A stretch of 64,000 nucleotides of DNA. Origin: Methanobacteriota archaeon (GTDB taxonomy: Archaea; Thermoplasmatota; Thermoplasmata; SG8-5; JAGLSY01). Below, one piece after another: positions 28,205-38,900 of the stretch (position 1 is the first letter of the stretch; every line of letters begins with the position of its first letter). Below the pieces are notes generated by a model. It ran no database searches. It was not told the DNA's origin and worked only from the letters and a program-made list of their open reading frames with translations. The translations under genes and the position numbers were made by a program. The DNA is taken from NCBI GenBank assembly GCA_020697715.1, contig JAEHCO010000002.1, forward strand, positions 96,001-160,000. Direction: 5' to 3'.

Positions 28205-30166
28205 ATGGAATTTCACGGGCTAACTCTGGATAAGTTCCAGATGGACGCATGCGATCACATCTCGAAAGGAGAGTCAGTGGTCGTCTCCGCATCTACTGGA
28301 ACTGGCAAGACCCTTATTGCGGAGTATGCTATCGAGTTCTACACGAATTGGGGCCAGCGCTCGATCTACACATCGCCCATCAAGGCACTTTCCAATCAGA
28401 AGTACAAGGATTTCGTGGAGCAGTTCGGTTCTGAAAAGGTGGGAATACTGACCGGGGATGTCTCCATAAACCCCTTCGCCCAGATACTGGTCATGACCAC
28501 CGAAGTTTACAGGAACATGGCCATAACCGACCCGGATAGTGTTCTGGATGTCGGCATCTTGATCATGGATGAAGTGCATTTCATGAACGACCCAGAGCGT
28601 GGAACCGTCTGGGAAGAATCCATCATTTTCTCACCGGACAATGTCCGTTTTCTGGCTCTCTCGGCCACCATACCAAATGCGCACGAGTTCGCGGACTGGA
28701 TATCCAAGATTCACAAGCACAATGTGAAGGTGATCCAGCATTTGGAAAGGGCTGTGCCGCTTCATCATAATTTCTATCTGGGTAGCGGAAAGATGGTCTC
28801 AAGGAACAAATTAAAGGAGCAGGCTTATTTCCTGGAGGATAAAAAACACCAGTCAAAGGCCCAATCCAAAAGACATCGCGGAAGAGGCGGTAAAAGTGGC
28901 TCCAAGCCAAAAAGACCAAAGGGCAGCCAGCCACCCGGACATCTGGAACTTGTGAAGTACATGAGAAAGAATGATCATCTGCCTTGTTTATTCTTCAGTT
29001 TTTCCCGAAAGAAATGCGAGACTCAAGCGATCGAAACAGCCTTCAATATGAATTTTTATGAGGAGCCTCCCGAGGAGATATTCAATATAATCGATAAACA
29101 TCTTTCAGATCCCGAAATAGAGGATATGGATTCCATCAAGAGCCTGAGGCAGTCCCTGATAAAAGGCGTGGCCTTCCATCATGCGGGGATGCTGCCTGCT
29201 GGTAAACAGGCAGTCGAAGAAGCCTTCGCTCTCAATCTCGTGAAGGTCCTGTATGCGACAGAAACTTTCGCGGTCGGCATAAACTATCCTGCGAGAACGG
29301 TCGCATTCGATGGGCTGAAAAAATATGATGGCACGCATTTCCGATATGTGGACTCCAAAGAATACTTCCAGATGGCTGGTAGAGCTGGTCGAAGGGGTAT
29401 GGACGAGAGCGGGACGGTCATCACCATCGTGGACAAGTGGAGCGATGATATGATCGACATCGCCAGGCTGACCAAGGAGGATAAGATACCTATATTCTCC
29501 CAGTTCAAATTATCCTATAACACTGTGCTGAATCTGATAGACAAGCATTCGAAGAATGAGATAAAGCAGATATTGGAGCGCAGTTTCGAATCATACAGGA
29601 AGAAGAGATCGGGTATCCGGGTCAATGTCTGGACATCCTGGTACAATCGAGTCCGGACACTTGAAAAGCTTGGATTCGTCGATGGCATACATCTAACTTC
29701 GAAGGGCAGGTTCGGAACCCGCATTTACACTGAAGAACTGGTCACGACCGAGGTATTCCATGATGATAGATGGAGAAAATGGGATGACATCGATATCGCC
29801 TGTATGGGCGCGGCCATAACATATGAGATCAGGCACCGTAGAGGTGGCAGAAGGCCAGAAAAAGGAAATAGGTTCTTCAGATTGGTGGACAGTTTTTCGA
29901 ACAACAACTACCTCATGCGCAATCTGAGCCTGAATGGACTGGCACTTCGAATTCCTGTTATCGAATATTGGGCGCATGGCTGGACCTTCCAGGAATTAGT
30001 GGAAGAGTTCGAAATGGCTGAAGGAGACCTGATCAGAATATTCAGACAGACCATCGACGTGCTGGAGCAGGTGAAAAGAGCCACAGAACATCATGAGCTG
30101 AAGGACAAGATATCCGAGGCCGTGACGATGCTGGACAAGGAAGTTGTCAGTGTTACTTTTGAGTAG
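28205..30166 (+). CDS. Ski2/HelY-like DExH-box RNA helicase with DSHCT-like C-terminus
   Basis: STGTGKT, PIKALSNQKY, TGDVSIN, DEVH, LSATIPNA, FSRKKC, HHAGMLP, TETFAVGINYPA, QMAGRAGRRG, EGDLIR. Confidence 0.92.
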   Translation: MEFHGLTLDKFQMDACDHISKGESVVVSASTGTGKTLIAEYAIEFYTNWGQRSIYTSPIKALSNQKYKDFVEQFGSEKVGILTGDVSINPFAQILVMTTEVYRNMAITDPDSVLDVGILIMDEVHFMNDPERGTVWEESIIFSPDNVRFLALSATIPNAHEFADWISKIHKHNVKVIQHLERAVPLHHNFYLGSGKMVSRNKLKEQAYFLEDKKHQSKAQSKRHRGRGGKSGSKPKRPKGSQPPGHLELVKYMRKNDHLPCLFFSFSRKKCETQAIETAFNMNFYEEPPEEIFNIIDKHLSDPEIEDMDSIKSLRQSLIKGVAFHHAGMLPAGKQAVEEAFALNLVKVLYATETFAVGINYPARTVAFDGLKKYDGTHFRYVDSKEYFQMAGRAGRRGMDESGTVITIVDKWSDDMIDIARLTKEDKIPIFSQFKLSYNTVLNLIDKHSKNEIKQILERSFESYRKKRSGIRVNVWTSWYNRVRTLEKLGFVDGIHLTSKGRFGTRIYTEELVTTEVFHDDRWRKWDDIDIACMGAAITYEIRHRRGGRRPEKGNRFFRLVDSFSNNNYLMRNLSLNGLALRIPVIEYWAHGWTFQELVEEFEMAEGDLIRIFRQTIDVLEQVKRATEHHELKDKISEAVTMLDKEVVSVTFE

Positions 30167-30254
30167 TTCATTATACTTTCACTCACCCTGACGCAAACCA
30201 TAAAAGTAGGTTTGCGTATATTGTTAAAAGAACGATACAAAGGAGATCTATAAT

Positions 30255-30767
30255 ATGGCCAGCACTTACAAATACACGATATTTCCAAGCAGAGTGGGAG
30301 ACATCTTCATAGCCAGCACACCCAAGGGTATTTTCAAACTTCATTTTCCGGCCAGTGATATCAAACTGGCCGATATTGAAGCTTACTACGATTGCAAGCT
30401 GAAGAAAGATGACGCTGCCTTTTCAAGTGTGAAAAAGCAGATGCTGGCTTACTTGGATGGCGACCTCGAGGAATTCGATGTGGATATCGATTTTATCCGT
30501 GGAACTGAATTCCAGAAGCAGGTATGGAACAAGCTTCTGGAGATCCCTTATGGCGAGGTGCATTCGTATCAGTGGATGGCCGAGGAAGTGCACAGGCCGA
30601 TGGCCTTCCGGGCTGTCGGAGGCGCGAACCACAATAATCCCATTCCGATAATCGTGCCCTGTCACAGAGTTATTGGCAAGAATGGAAAGATGGTCGGCTA
30701 TGGTGGCCCGAGCATCAAGGGCCAGGAATTGAAAAGAAGCTTGCTGGAAATGGAAGGCGCATTGTGA
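30255..30767 (+). CDS. ogt: Methylated-DNA--protein-cysteine S-methyltransferase
   Basis: GTEFQKQVW..L.EIPYGE, RAVGGA..NPIPIIVPCHRV. Confidence 0.95.
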   Translation: MASTYKYTIFPSRVGDIFIASTPKGIFKLHFPASDIKLADIEAYYDCKLKKDDAAFSSVKKQMLAYLDGDLEEFDVDIDFIRGTEFQKQVWNKLLEIPYGEVHSYQWMAEEVHRPMAFRAVGGANHNNPIPIIVPCHRVIGKNGKMVGYGGPSIKGQELKRSLLEMEGAL

Positions 30768-30891
30768 ATGATATTACTAAGTAATGTTTAAGTATTCATA
30801 GAATATTCTGAGTAAATAAGACATATTTGGCAAGCTTGGGAAACATAGTCCCAATATTGCCCTTCAAAGAAATTCAAGGTGGTAGTAATAC

Positions 30892-31386
30892 ATGCAGAAA
30901 AATGAACATCATATGGATGGTGGGTCGCCGGATCTCATTATAGAAGATGTATTCCTGATATACAATGATGGGAGATTGATAAACCATCAGACCCGGCAAT
31001 TGAAGCCGGGTGTGGACAATGAGATACTGAGCAGTATGTTCACAGCAGTCCAGAGCTTTATCAAGGATTCCTTTGGAAGTGGCGGAAGGACCAAAGTCCT
31101 TGAAAGACTTGACTTTGGTGACAACTCGGTCTTCATCGAGCATGGGGAAAAATGCTATCTGGCTATTGCCGCGATGGATATTGGAGAAGAGGAGATCCAG
31201 GAGCAGCTCAAATGTGCCAGTAGGGATATATCCAATGCCTATTCAGAGCCTTTGAAGAACTGGAACGGTGACTTTGATGAGTTCGCTGGCGTGGAGATAT
31301 ACATCAAAAAGCTTTTGGCAGGCGAGTACAAAAAAGGGTGTATGTTGATAAATACTCCAGAGACTGGATCATCCATTGGCAGATGA
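30892..31386 (+). CDS. Hypothetical protein, roadblock/longin-like alpha-beta domain
   Basis: IEDVFLIYNDGRLI...ILSSMFTAVQSFIKDSF...LDFGD..V.IEHG pattern. Fold assignment is inferred. Confidence 0.65.
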   Translation: MQKNEHHMDGGSPDLIIEDVFLIYNDGRLINHQTRQLKPGVDNEILSSMFTAVQSFIKDSFGSGGRTKVLERLDFGDNSVFIEHGEKCYLAIAAMDIGEEEIQEQLKCASRDISNAYSEPLKNWNGDFDEFAGVEIYIKKLLAGEYKKGCMLINTPETGSSIGR

Positions 31387-31402
31387 TGTATTCTCCTGAG
31401 GT

Positions 31403-31738
31403 GTGATAATTATAGAAGAAGTTACTGATCTGGCTGAAGCTGGGAATGGGCCAATTAAGGATGATGCGAAATTATCTTTGATATTCGGAATAATGTCATT
31501 GTTACTGAATCCCTTGTTCATAATGTTCCCTCTGTCTAAGATCGTGGGAACTCACTTGCTCGGAATATTCATCAGCACGCCATTCGCTTTGCTGGCCATA
31601 TTATTGTCATATCATTATTGGAGAAAAGATAAGGAGAGTTACAGGTCGATCATCGGATTCACATTTGCATTGACCACGCTCATGTTCATTGTCATATTGT
31701 TCTCCATCCTCCTGTATTCGGGATTCCAGGTGTTTTGA
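31403..31738 (+). CDS. Small membrane protein
   Basis: Three hydrophobic segments (AKLSLIFGIMSL..., DUF4190-like). Confidence 0.6.
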   Translation: MIIIEEVTDLAEAGNGPIKDDAKLSLIFGIMSLLLNPLFIMFPLSKIVGTHLLGIFISTPFALLAILLSYHYWRKDKESYRSIIGFTFALTTLMFIVILFSILLYSGFQVF

Positions 31739-31782
31739 GCCATATCGGAAATAATAAAGACATTGAAGTTCATCCTCCTTCA

Positions 31783-32070
31783 ATGGAGCTGGAGACAAAC
31801 ATCATACTCGGATACCTCGCTTTCGTCAATCTGATGGCCCTCATGATGTTCGGTATCGATAAATCAAAGGCCAGGCGGGGTGGCAGGAGGATATCGGAGG
31901 CTGGCCTTTTCATGATATCATTCGTGGGCGGGGCTGTCGGCGGTCTGCTCGGTATGCTGCTTTTCAGACACAAGACTCAGAAACTGGGCTTCAAGGCCAT
32001 GATGTTCATAATTATTTTGATTAACATATATTTATATTATTGGCTTTATTTAAATGTGCTTGTGATCTAG
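31783..32070 (+). CDS. DUF1294 family membrane protein
   Basis: FGIDKSKARRGGRRISEAGL...GGAVG...FRHKTQK. Confidence 0.88.
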   Translation: MELETNIILGYLAFVNLMALMMFGIDKSKARRGGRRISEAGLFMISFVGGAVGGLLGMLLFRHKTQKLGFKAMMFIIILINIYLYYWLYLNVLVI

Positions 32071-32183
32071 ATGATGGGACGACATCATGCACAATAGACG
32101 ATAGGCCGATACTGTGTGGTGAATAAGGTAATTATTGGAAGATGTATCGCACATCTCTCTATAATACGCTATAAATCCATGAT

Positions 32184-32203
32184 AAATACGTTTAAACGTA
32201 TTT
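32184..32203. promoter_or_regulatory. Perfect 20-bp palindrome, candidate operator
   Basis: aaatacgttt|aaacgtattt, about 40 bp upstream of a TTTAAA box of the next gene. Confidence 0.55.
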
Positions 32204-32271
32204 TTAACGGATTGCACAGGTAAATATGTATTGGCGAACTATTTAAATCATGCCTGCGCATATAGGCAAGC

Positions 32272-32826
32272 ATGGAGGGAAACTGCAAGGGCGCGATCTA
32301 TCGTGGAAATATAGATTACGTCACCCGGAAGTTCGGCAAACTGGGTATTCAGCAATTGATGGATGACATGAAGAAGCATGGCCATAAGCTGGACCTTGAC
32401 AATCTGAAGGATGGTCTGTGGTACCCATTGGATGCCAGAATGCAATTCCTCCGTTCCTCGGTTGAATTGTTCGAGATCGATGACGAACAATTGATCGAAC
32501 TGGGTAAATCGGGCTTCAAAACATCCACTATCGCGCAATTTTACCTGAAACTGGCCGGCACACCCAAGAAGATATTCGAGATGGGACCCAATATCTGGAA
32601 GCACAATTACGATGTTGGAGTTCTGGAGTCGGAATATGGAGGAAGCAAAGGCTCGTATTTCAGAGTGTTGGATTTCGATGCGGCACCTATATTTTTCCAG
32701 TACCTTATCGGGTATTATACCGCGGCCTTTGAGCAAGTGGGTGTGAAAGATATTATTGTCACACATGAGGCCATTGAAAAAGATGGGAAGCCGTGCCAAG
32801 AGTACCTTATCAAGTGGAGTGATTGA
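32272..32826 (+). CDS. DUF2378/V4R-like putative ligand-binding protein
   Basis: CKGAIY...YV..KFG..G, WYPLD, IWKHNYDVG, C-terminal G.PCQEYLIKW. Confidence 0.65.
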   Translation: MEGNCKGAIYRGNIDYVTRKFGKLGIQQLMDDMKKHGHKLDLDNLKDGLWYPLDARMQFLRSSVELFEIDDEQLIELGKSGFKTSTIAQFYLKLAGTPKKIFEMGPNIWKHNYDVGVLESEYGGSKGSYFRVLDFDAAPIFFQYLIGYYTAAFEQVGVKDIIVTHEAIEKDGKPCQEYLIKWSD

Positions 32827-32853
32827 TCTCTTATTCTTTATCCGATCGAATGA

Positions 32854-33867
32854 CTAATCTTCAAACACTGGCTTGCGATATGTATAATGCTTTTTAGAGA
32901 CCTTGAAGCCCATGCCCTCGTACAATTTCAGAGCGCCTGTTGGGTTCTCGGCATCCACTCCCAGGGATGCTTCCTCCATGCCTTTTTCCTTGAGTGACCT
33001 GAAGCTTCTGGCTATCAATGCCTTTGCCACACCCTGGCCTCTCCATTCGCGGCCAACGTGGATGTTCTCGGTGTATCCACGCTTGATGCCCAGCTCTTCA
33101 TTGGACGCATGGTGGATGAAGTTCTGGACCGCGCCAGCAACACGATCTCCATCCCAGGCAACCTCGAAGATATCTGGCTGGAAGCAATCCGAGGCAAGCC
33201 ACATCTTGTAGAATTCCTCGGTGATCTCTATTGGTTCCCATCCATCCTTCGAGGCCTCGATATCCGCTTCCCAGACCTTTCGATATTCTTCTGGCATGGG
33301 CGGCCTTGCCTCTATTCCTGGAGGCAAGGGAAGCTCTGGTATTGACTCGCTCAGGTCGCGAACCATCTCGAAGCCGTATCTGGCAACCTTGTAATCCGAA
33401 TCATTGAGTGTTGATATCAGATCGGTATTCTCTTCATATGTCCATACCTGGAATTCTCTGGTCTCGCTATCTGGATGCGTGGCCGCGATCTCTCTAAGAA
33501 TGCCCTCGTTCCACAAGAGCATGGCCTTCCTGAGGCCAGTGCCGTGATGATCAGGATCGAGTATGGTGAAATGATTGTAATTGTATCCACCCATCTGCTT
33601 CCGGGTCCACCAACCACGGGAATAGCCGATCATCTTCCCGTCCAGCTCCGCCATAAGGACATGCTTGAAGGGGTCGCAGTTCACAAGATTGTCATAGTAA
33701 GCCTTGAAATCCTCAAAGCTTTCCGGAAAATCATCTTGTGTCGCCTTCTTCTCCTTCTCGGAGACCTCGAACATCAGTGGAAGATCATCCTTGCCAGCAT
33801 AATTGCGGAACTTCAGCCCCGGAATGTCTGGCTGTTCATCTATCTTGAAATACTCGTTATTTGTCAT
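32854..33867 (-). CDS. Tandem-GNAT acetyltransferase, paralogue B
   Basis: Two GNAT repeats, V.REWRGQGVAKALI, LGVDAENPTGALKLYEGMGF. Confidence 0.9.
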   Translation of the reverse strand: MTNNEYFKIDEQPDIPGLKFRNYAGKDDLPLMFEVSEKEKKATQDDFPESFEDFKAYYDNLVNCDPFKHVLMAELDGKMIGYSRGWWTRKQMGGYNYNHFTILDPDHHGTGLRKAMLLWNEGILREIAATHPDSETREFQVWTYEENTDLISTLNDSDYKVARYGFEMVRDLSESIPELPLPPGIEARPPMPEEYRKVWEADIEASKDGWEPIEITEEFYKMWLASDCFQPDIFEVAWDGDRVAGAVQNFIHHASNEELGIKRGYTENIHVGREWRGQGVAKALIARSFRSLKEKGMEEASLGVDAENPTGALKLYEGMGFKVSKKHYTYRKPVFED

Positions 33868-34874
33868 TATTCCTCCATTATCAGAGGCTTACGGAGTGTG
33901 ACCCATTTCTGATATTCCTCATAGCCCATGCTCTTGTAAAGATGTAGCGCGCCACTTGGATTTTCCGCATCCACGCCAAGTGCGGCCTGCTCCATCCCCG
34001 CATCCTTCACAACCTGCAAACTGCGAGCGATAAGTGCCTTGGCCAGTCCTTTTCCTCTGTGGGTTTTCCTAACACCGATATTCTCTGTATAACCCCATTT
34101 TCTATCGAATTCCTTATTCTCAGTCTCGCTGATATAGTTCTGAACCATGCCAGCAACTTCATCCCCACACCACGCGATCTGCCAAAGGTGAGGCTGGATA
34201 TGAGGCTCACCGAGCCATCTTTCATACCACTCTTCCAGCCATTCGGGCTCGCCCCATTCGTCACTGAATATCTCGCGGGAAGCTTCCCAGATCGTCCTGT
34301 ACTGATCTGGCTTTGCGGGTCTGACCTCGATACCTTCGGGCAATGGTAACTCAGGGATATTTTCCAGGTCTGGCCTGACCATTAGAAAAGCATATCTTAT
34401 GGGTTCATATCCATCATTTTTCAGAATCGCTTCCCATTCGAAAGATCCGGGTGCGATCCAGGATACATAGTACTTTGGAATGTCCGGGTCGTGGGTGCCA
34501 GCCACTTCTTTAAGTCGGGCTTGGCACCAATCGAACATCACCTCGCGAATGCCTTTCTCGCGCCATTCGGGAACAACTGATGCGAAATGCCCGTAATTGA
34601 TCCAACCATCTTGGATCTGATCCCACCAGACCCTGGAATAACCGATAAGCTGGCCATCGACCTCGACCAGCAGAAAATCCTTGTCCAGATCGCAATTGGT
34701 CAGATGATCATAAAAATGGATGAACTCCTCAAGGGACATGACCTCCTCATCCTTGTCGAACTTATCACTGGCCACCTTCACCCTGAGCATGGCGGGATAG
34801 TCAACGCTTCCGCTAAATCTACGGAAGCGCAGCCCTGGAATATCGGGCATGTTCTCTACCACTATCTCGGTCAT
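33867..34874 (-). CDS. Tandem-GNAT acetyltransferase, paralogue A
   Basis: VVPEWREKGI, VRKTHRGKGLAKALI, LGVDAENPSGALHLYKSMGY. Stop/start overlap (TAATG) with paralogue B. Confidence 0.9.
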   Translation of the reverse strand: MTEIVVENMPDIPGLRFRRFSGSVDYPAMLRVKVASDKFDKDEEVMSLEEFIHFYDHLTNCDLDKDFLLVEVDGQLIGYSRVWWDQIQDGWINYGHFASVVPEWREKGIREVMFDWCQARLKEVAGTHDPDIPKYYVSWIAPGSFEWEAILKNDGYEPIRYAFLMVRPDLENIPELPLPEGIEVRPAKPDQYRTIWEASREIFSDEWGEPEWLEEWYERWLGEPHIQPHLWQIAWCGDEVAGMVQNYISETENKEFDRKWGYTENIGVRKTHRGKGLAKALIARSLQVVKDAGMEQAALGVDAENPSGALHLYKSMGYEEYQKWVTLRKPLIMEE

Positions 34875-34962
34875 GTATTGGGAGTGAATGAGGGACCACT
34901 AATAAATTTTGGCTAATCCTCAGGCCAAAATTTTATTAGTCTATCTCTATTGGCGATACCTA

Positions 34963-35706
34963 ATGGAACCCGTTACTATACTGCTAATAGCCATGATCAT
35001 CATGTTCTTCGCAGGCATGATGCAAGGCCTGGCTGGCTTTGGCTTTTCTCTGGTATCAGTTCCTATATTGATCATGCTCATCGAGCCAACATTGATGGCC
35101 CCCATGATCATCATCCATTCTATCGTGATAAATTTCGCATTGTTCCTCAAGATCAGGCAGGATGCGGAGCTGAAGCGCATATGGCCCCTCATAGTTGCGG
35201 GAATCGCGGGACTGCCTTTTGGTGTCTTGCTATTGCTGGCCATCGACCCCCAGAGCTTTAAATTGATAATCGGGATCTTCATCGTTCTCTTCGGGATCGC
35301 CTACTTGATGGATTTCAGAAAAGAACTGAAAAATGAGAAATTGACATTCATGCCAGTGGGTTTCATAAGCGGTGTTCTCAATAGTTCGATAACACTTTCC
35401 GGCCCCCCTGTGATATTCTGCCTGACCAATCAGGGCGTGGAGAAGAAGATATTCCGCGCCAATATGATCTCTTATTTTCTATTTCTGAACCTGGCAACAA
35501 TTCCTTTCTTTATTTGGAAAGGAATTTTCACTGGAGAAGTTGTGAACTTCTCCCTGATCCTTCTGCCTGGCATGATACTCGGAGCTGGTATTGGATCGAT
35601 ACTCGTGACAAAGGTGTGTGAAAGAACATTCAGGAATATCGCGCTTATCGTGACCATAGGCTCTGGTCTTCTGTCAATAATAACTGGATTGGGCATATTT
35701 GGATGA
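34963..35706 (+). CDS. TauE/SafE family sulfite exporter
   Basis: AGMMQGLAGFGFSLVSVP, GFISGVL..SITLSGPP, FRAN. About 8 TM helices. Confidence 0.9.
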   Translation: MEPVTILLIAMIIMFFAGMMQGLAGFGFSLVSVPILIMLIEPTLMAPMIIIHSIVINFALFLKIRQDAELKRIWPLIVAGIAGLPFGVLLLLAIDPQSFKLIIGIFIVLFGIAYLMDFRKELKNEKLTFMPVGFISGVLNSSITLSGPPVIFCLTNQGVEKKIFRANMISYFLFLNLATIPFFIWKGIFTGEVVNFSLILLPGMILGAGIGSILVTKVCERTFRNIALIVTIGSGLLSIITGLGIFG

Positions 35707-35858
35707 TAATGGTCTTTTATTAGGATCAATATTTGGCTTATTTACAATCAGATAATTTATTTTAGCCTGGCTTTAAATTTCAATTATTGAAATATCAACT
35801 ATCGATGCCCTTCTTGTGTAGGCAAAATGTTTATATTATAGAGTACATTGAATCTTAA

Positions 35859-35897
35859 CAATGGTTACTAACAATAGTTACTAACTATAGTTAATAC
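35859..35897. promoter_or_regulatory. Three tandem 13-bp repeats just downstream of a TATA box
   Basis: caatggttactaa caatagttactaa ctatagttaatac, after tttatatta at about 35830. Confidence 0.5.
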
Positions 35898-35996
35898 CAA
35901 TCAATACTAGATAAATCGTGAGGTAAAGAGATGATTTTTATCTTATGGTATATGAAAATCAAAAATTAAGAACAATAAAATCTGGAGGAGAAAAGC

Positions 35997-38900
35997 ATGA
36001 AAAGATCGATTGCAATAATTTTAGCAATAATAATGACAGCTACTAGTATGATCGCGGCTACGAACGTAGTCTCTGCGAATACTGGCGATCCTGTTGAACT
36101 ACCACCTGGCAGTGGATATTGGGAAACTGCCGGAGATTGGTTAGTGGATTCGTCAACTTCGTTCAGCAATGTGGAAATATGGGTTCAGGGAGACCTGACT
36201 GTAAATGGGGCGTCAGCCTTATTGACCCTAACCAATTGTCTTATCACCATAGAGGGTGACCTGATAGTTGAGAATGCAGGAACCCTGACACTCAGGGGCA
36301 CAGAGGCTCGAATATTTCAGCCTGGTATTGTTGATGGTGTGTACAATATCTATGTCAGGACCGGTGGGGTCTTCACCGCGACAGACATTGATGGAATACC
36401 ATCCACAGATGATGGCTCATTCATCACTGCCGTAGGCACCACTTATGAATACGATTTCACTGTGGAATCCAATGCAGGTGCTTTCATCCTTGTGAACTCC
36501 GAGATATCAGAATGTGGATACAATGATGCGAACCCAGGTCTCACTATCGAGACCAATAATGTTCAGATGATGGATTCACGAATATTCGATTCATACAATG
36601 GTACGACCTTTGATGGTGCAGCACTCACATCGATATATCTCAAGAACATGAGGTTTGAGAATAATTACAATGGAGTGGCGGTGCATCACGGAGCAGTCGT
36701 CACATTTGATGATTGCTGGTTCTATGATTCAACACTTTATGAGGTATCTGCGATAGCTTCTGATGTCTATCTCTATGACACCACTATCGATTGTGATCAT
36801 GACTCCGAGAGAGGGATTTGGTTATACAACAATGGAACCGCAAATGTCTTCAATACAAGGATCATGGATGCCAATGATTACAATATATATGTGCAATATT
36901 ACTCATATCTGAACATCCAGGACTCGAACATATTCTCTGCAAGTGATGATGGTATATACATAGATGATTGGTCAGACGCAGATATATCCAATAATGAGAT
37001 ATTCAGCAATACTGATGCGAACATCTATCTGGATGATTTCTCAACTGCTGAGATCTTCAATAATGATCTGTTCGCAAATGGCAATAGTGACGAAGGTGTT
37101 TGGGTAAATGATGGTTCCTATGCCAACATATATAATAATAAGATATGGGACAATGGTGAAGAAGGTATTCAGGTAGAGGATGCAAATGCATCTATAACGA
37201 ATAACTGGATATATTCCAATAATTGGGATGGAATTTATCTCAATGATGCTGATGAATGTTATATTGCAGATAATGAGATAATTGAAAATGCCGGAGGCAC
37301 AGGCTATGCAGGTATTCAGGTCGATGGTGGTTCCATGTGGAATGATATTGAGAACAATCTCATCCAGGATTCCAGCTACTACAATATACGCCTTGAGGGA
37401 AATTCTCATAACAACACTTTCTCTGATAACACGATCTATGACATCACAAGTAGTGGAAGCACATACGCTGGTGTGTACATCAATGGAGCTGGAACAAGGG
37501 ACAATACCTTTGATTCCAATACCATCAAGAAGAATTATTATGGGATCTATATGGTCAATTCTCCATACAACTACTTTGTAGACAATAACATAGACCTCAA
37601 TGATTACAGAGGTGTGTATCTGAACAATGCGGATTTCAACCTATTTGAGTACAATACGATCACAAGGAGCGGAAATGGTGGAGCCAACCATGGTCTTTAC
37701 ATTGAGCAGACCTCTGGAGACAATGAGTTCTATAACAATTCATTATCCAACATGGTGAATGTTCTGTGTAACAATGGAACTGTTGTGGACAATACCATAT
37801 TCGACTACAACTACTATTCAGATTACACCGGATTCGACACTACAGCTGACTGGATAGGCGACACAGGAGACTATACAATTCCTGGAACTACACTGCATTA
37901 CGACACTCACCCACAGACAAAGATCAGTCCAGCTGGTGGAAATGCAACCACATACGCAAGTATCGGAACCACATTGAATATCGATACTTCAAGGGACATA
38001 CACCTGCCTGCTCAAACACCAAATGCAGGAAGCAGGACAATACCACAGATCGGTATATGGTATGAAAATGGTCTTTACATGAATGATGATGACAATCCGA
38101 ATAATGACAATGTCTACTTCCACGGCGATGGTCCAGATAGATCCTTCGTTGATGGATATAACTCTGACAATGTCTTCGAGTTCGAGGATTGTGACTATAT
38201 CAGATTCGAAAGCCTGAGCATTGACAATGGTAGTGGAGACGGTATCTACTGGGAATTCTACGAGGGCGAAGATGTTCAGATCTGGGATACAGATTACAAC
38301 CTGAACCCACAGATCGACATCACCAACTGTGAGTTCGAGAGCAGTGGAAGCGACGGTATCGAGATAGGAGAGTTCGATAATTATGGATTCCAATACCTGT
38401 CAGATACAGGAGACGCTTTCCAGCCAGTTAATGTCTTTGATCTATTGGGCAACCAGCATATATTCTGGGCAGACCCATGGGATGAAGATGGCAGTCAGAT
38501 CTGGTACATGATGACAGACCTGAATGGTAATGTCCTCATCAATGGAACCGCCATAACACCATACAATGATGATTATGACACAAAGAGACCGATCCCACTT
38601 GTGGATTCCCAGAACCAGATAAATCTAGTATGGAAGGATGACAGGTTCACACATGAATCTATCGACACAGCACATGATCTGTTCTTCATGAGATTGAACC
38701 CGTACCTGGATGACCGCGATGGCAGTCCGGCAAACCCGGATGTGATCAAGGTCGTTGATGACACACAGATAATCACCTTCCCATTGGATGATGACGGATA
38801 TGTCAGCTACGAGAATGAGTTGCAGATGGCCGGAGCGGACATTGACAGCGAAGACAATATCCATTTGTTCTGGTGCGAAGAGGACATTGAGGATTGGTTA

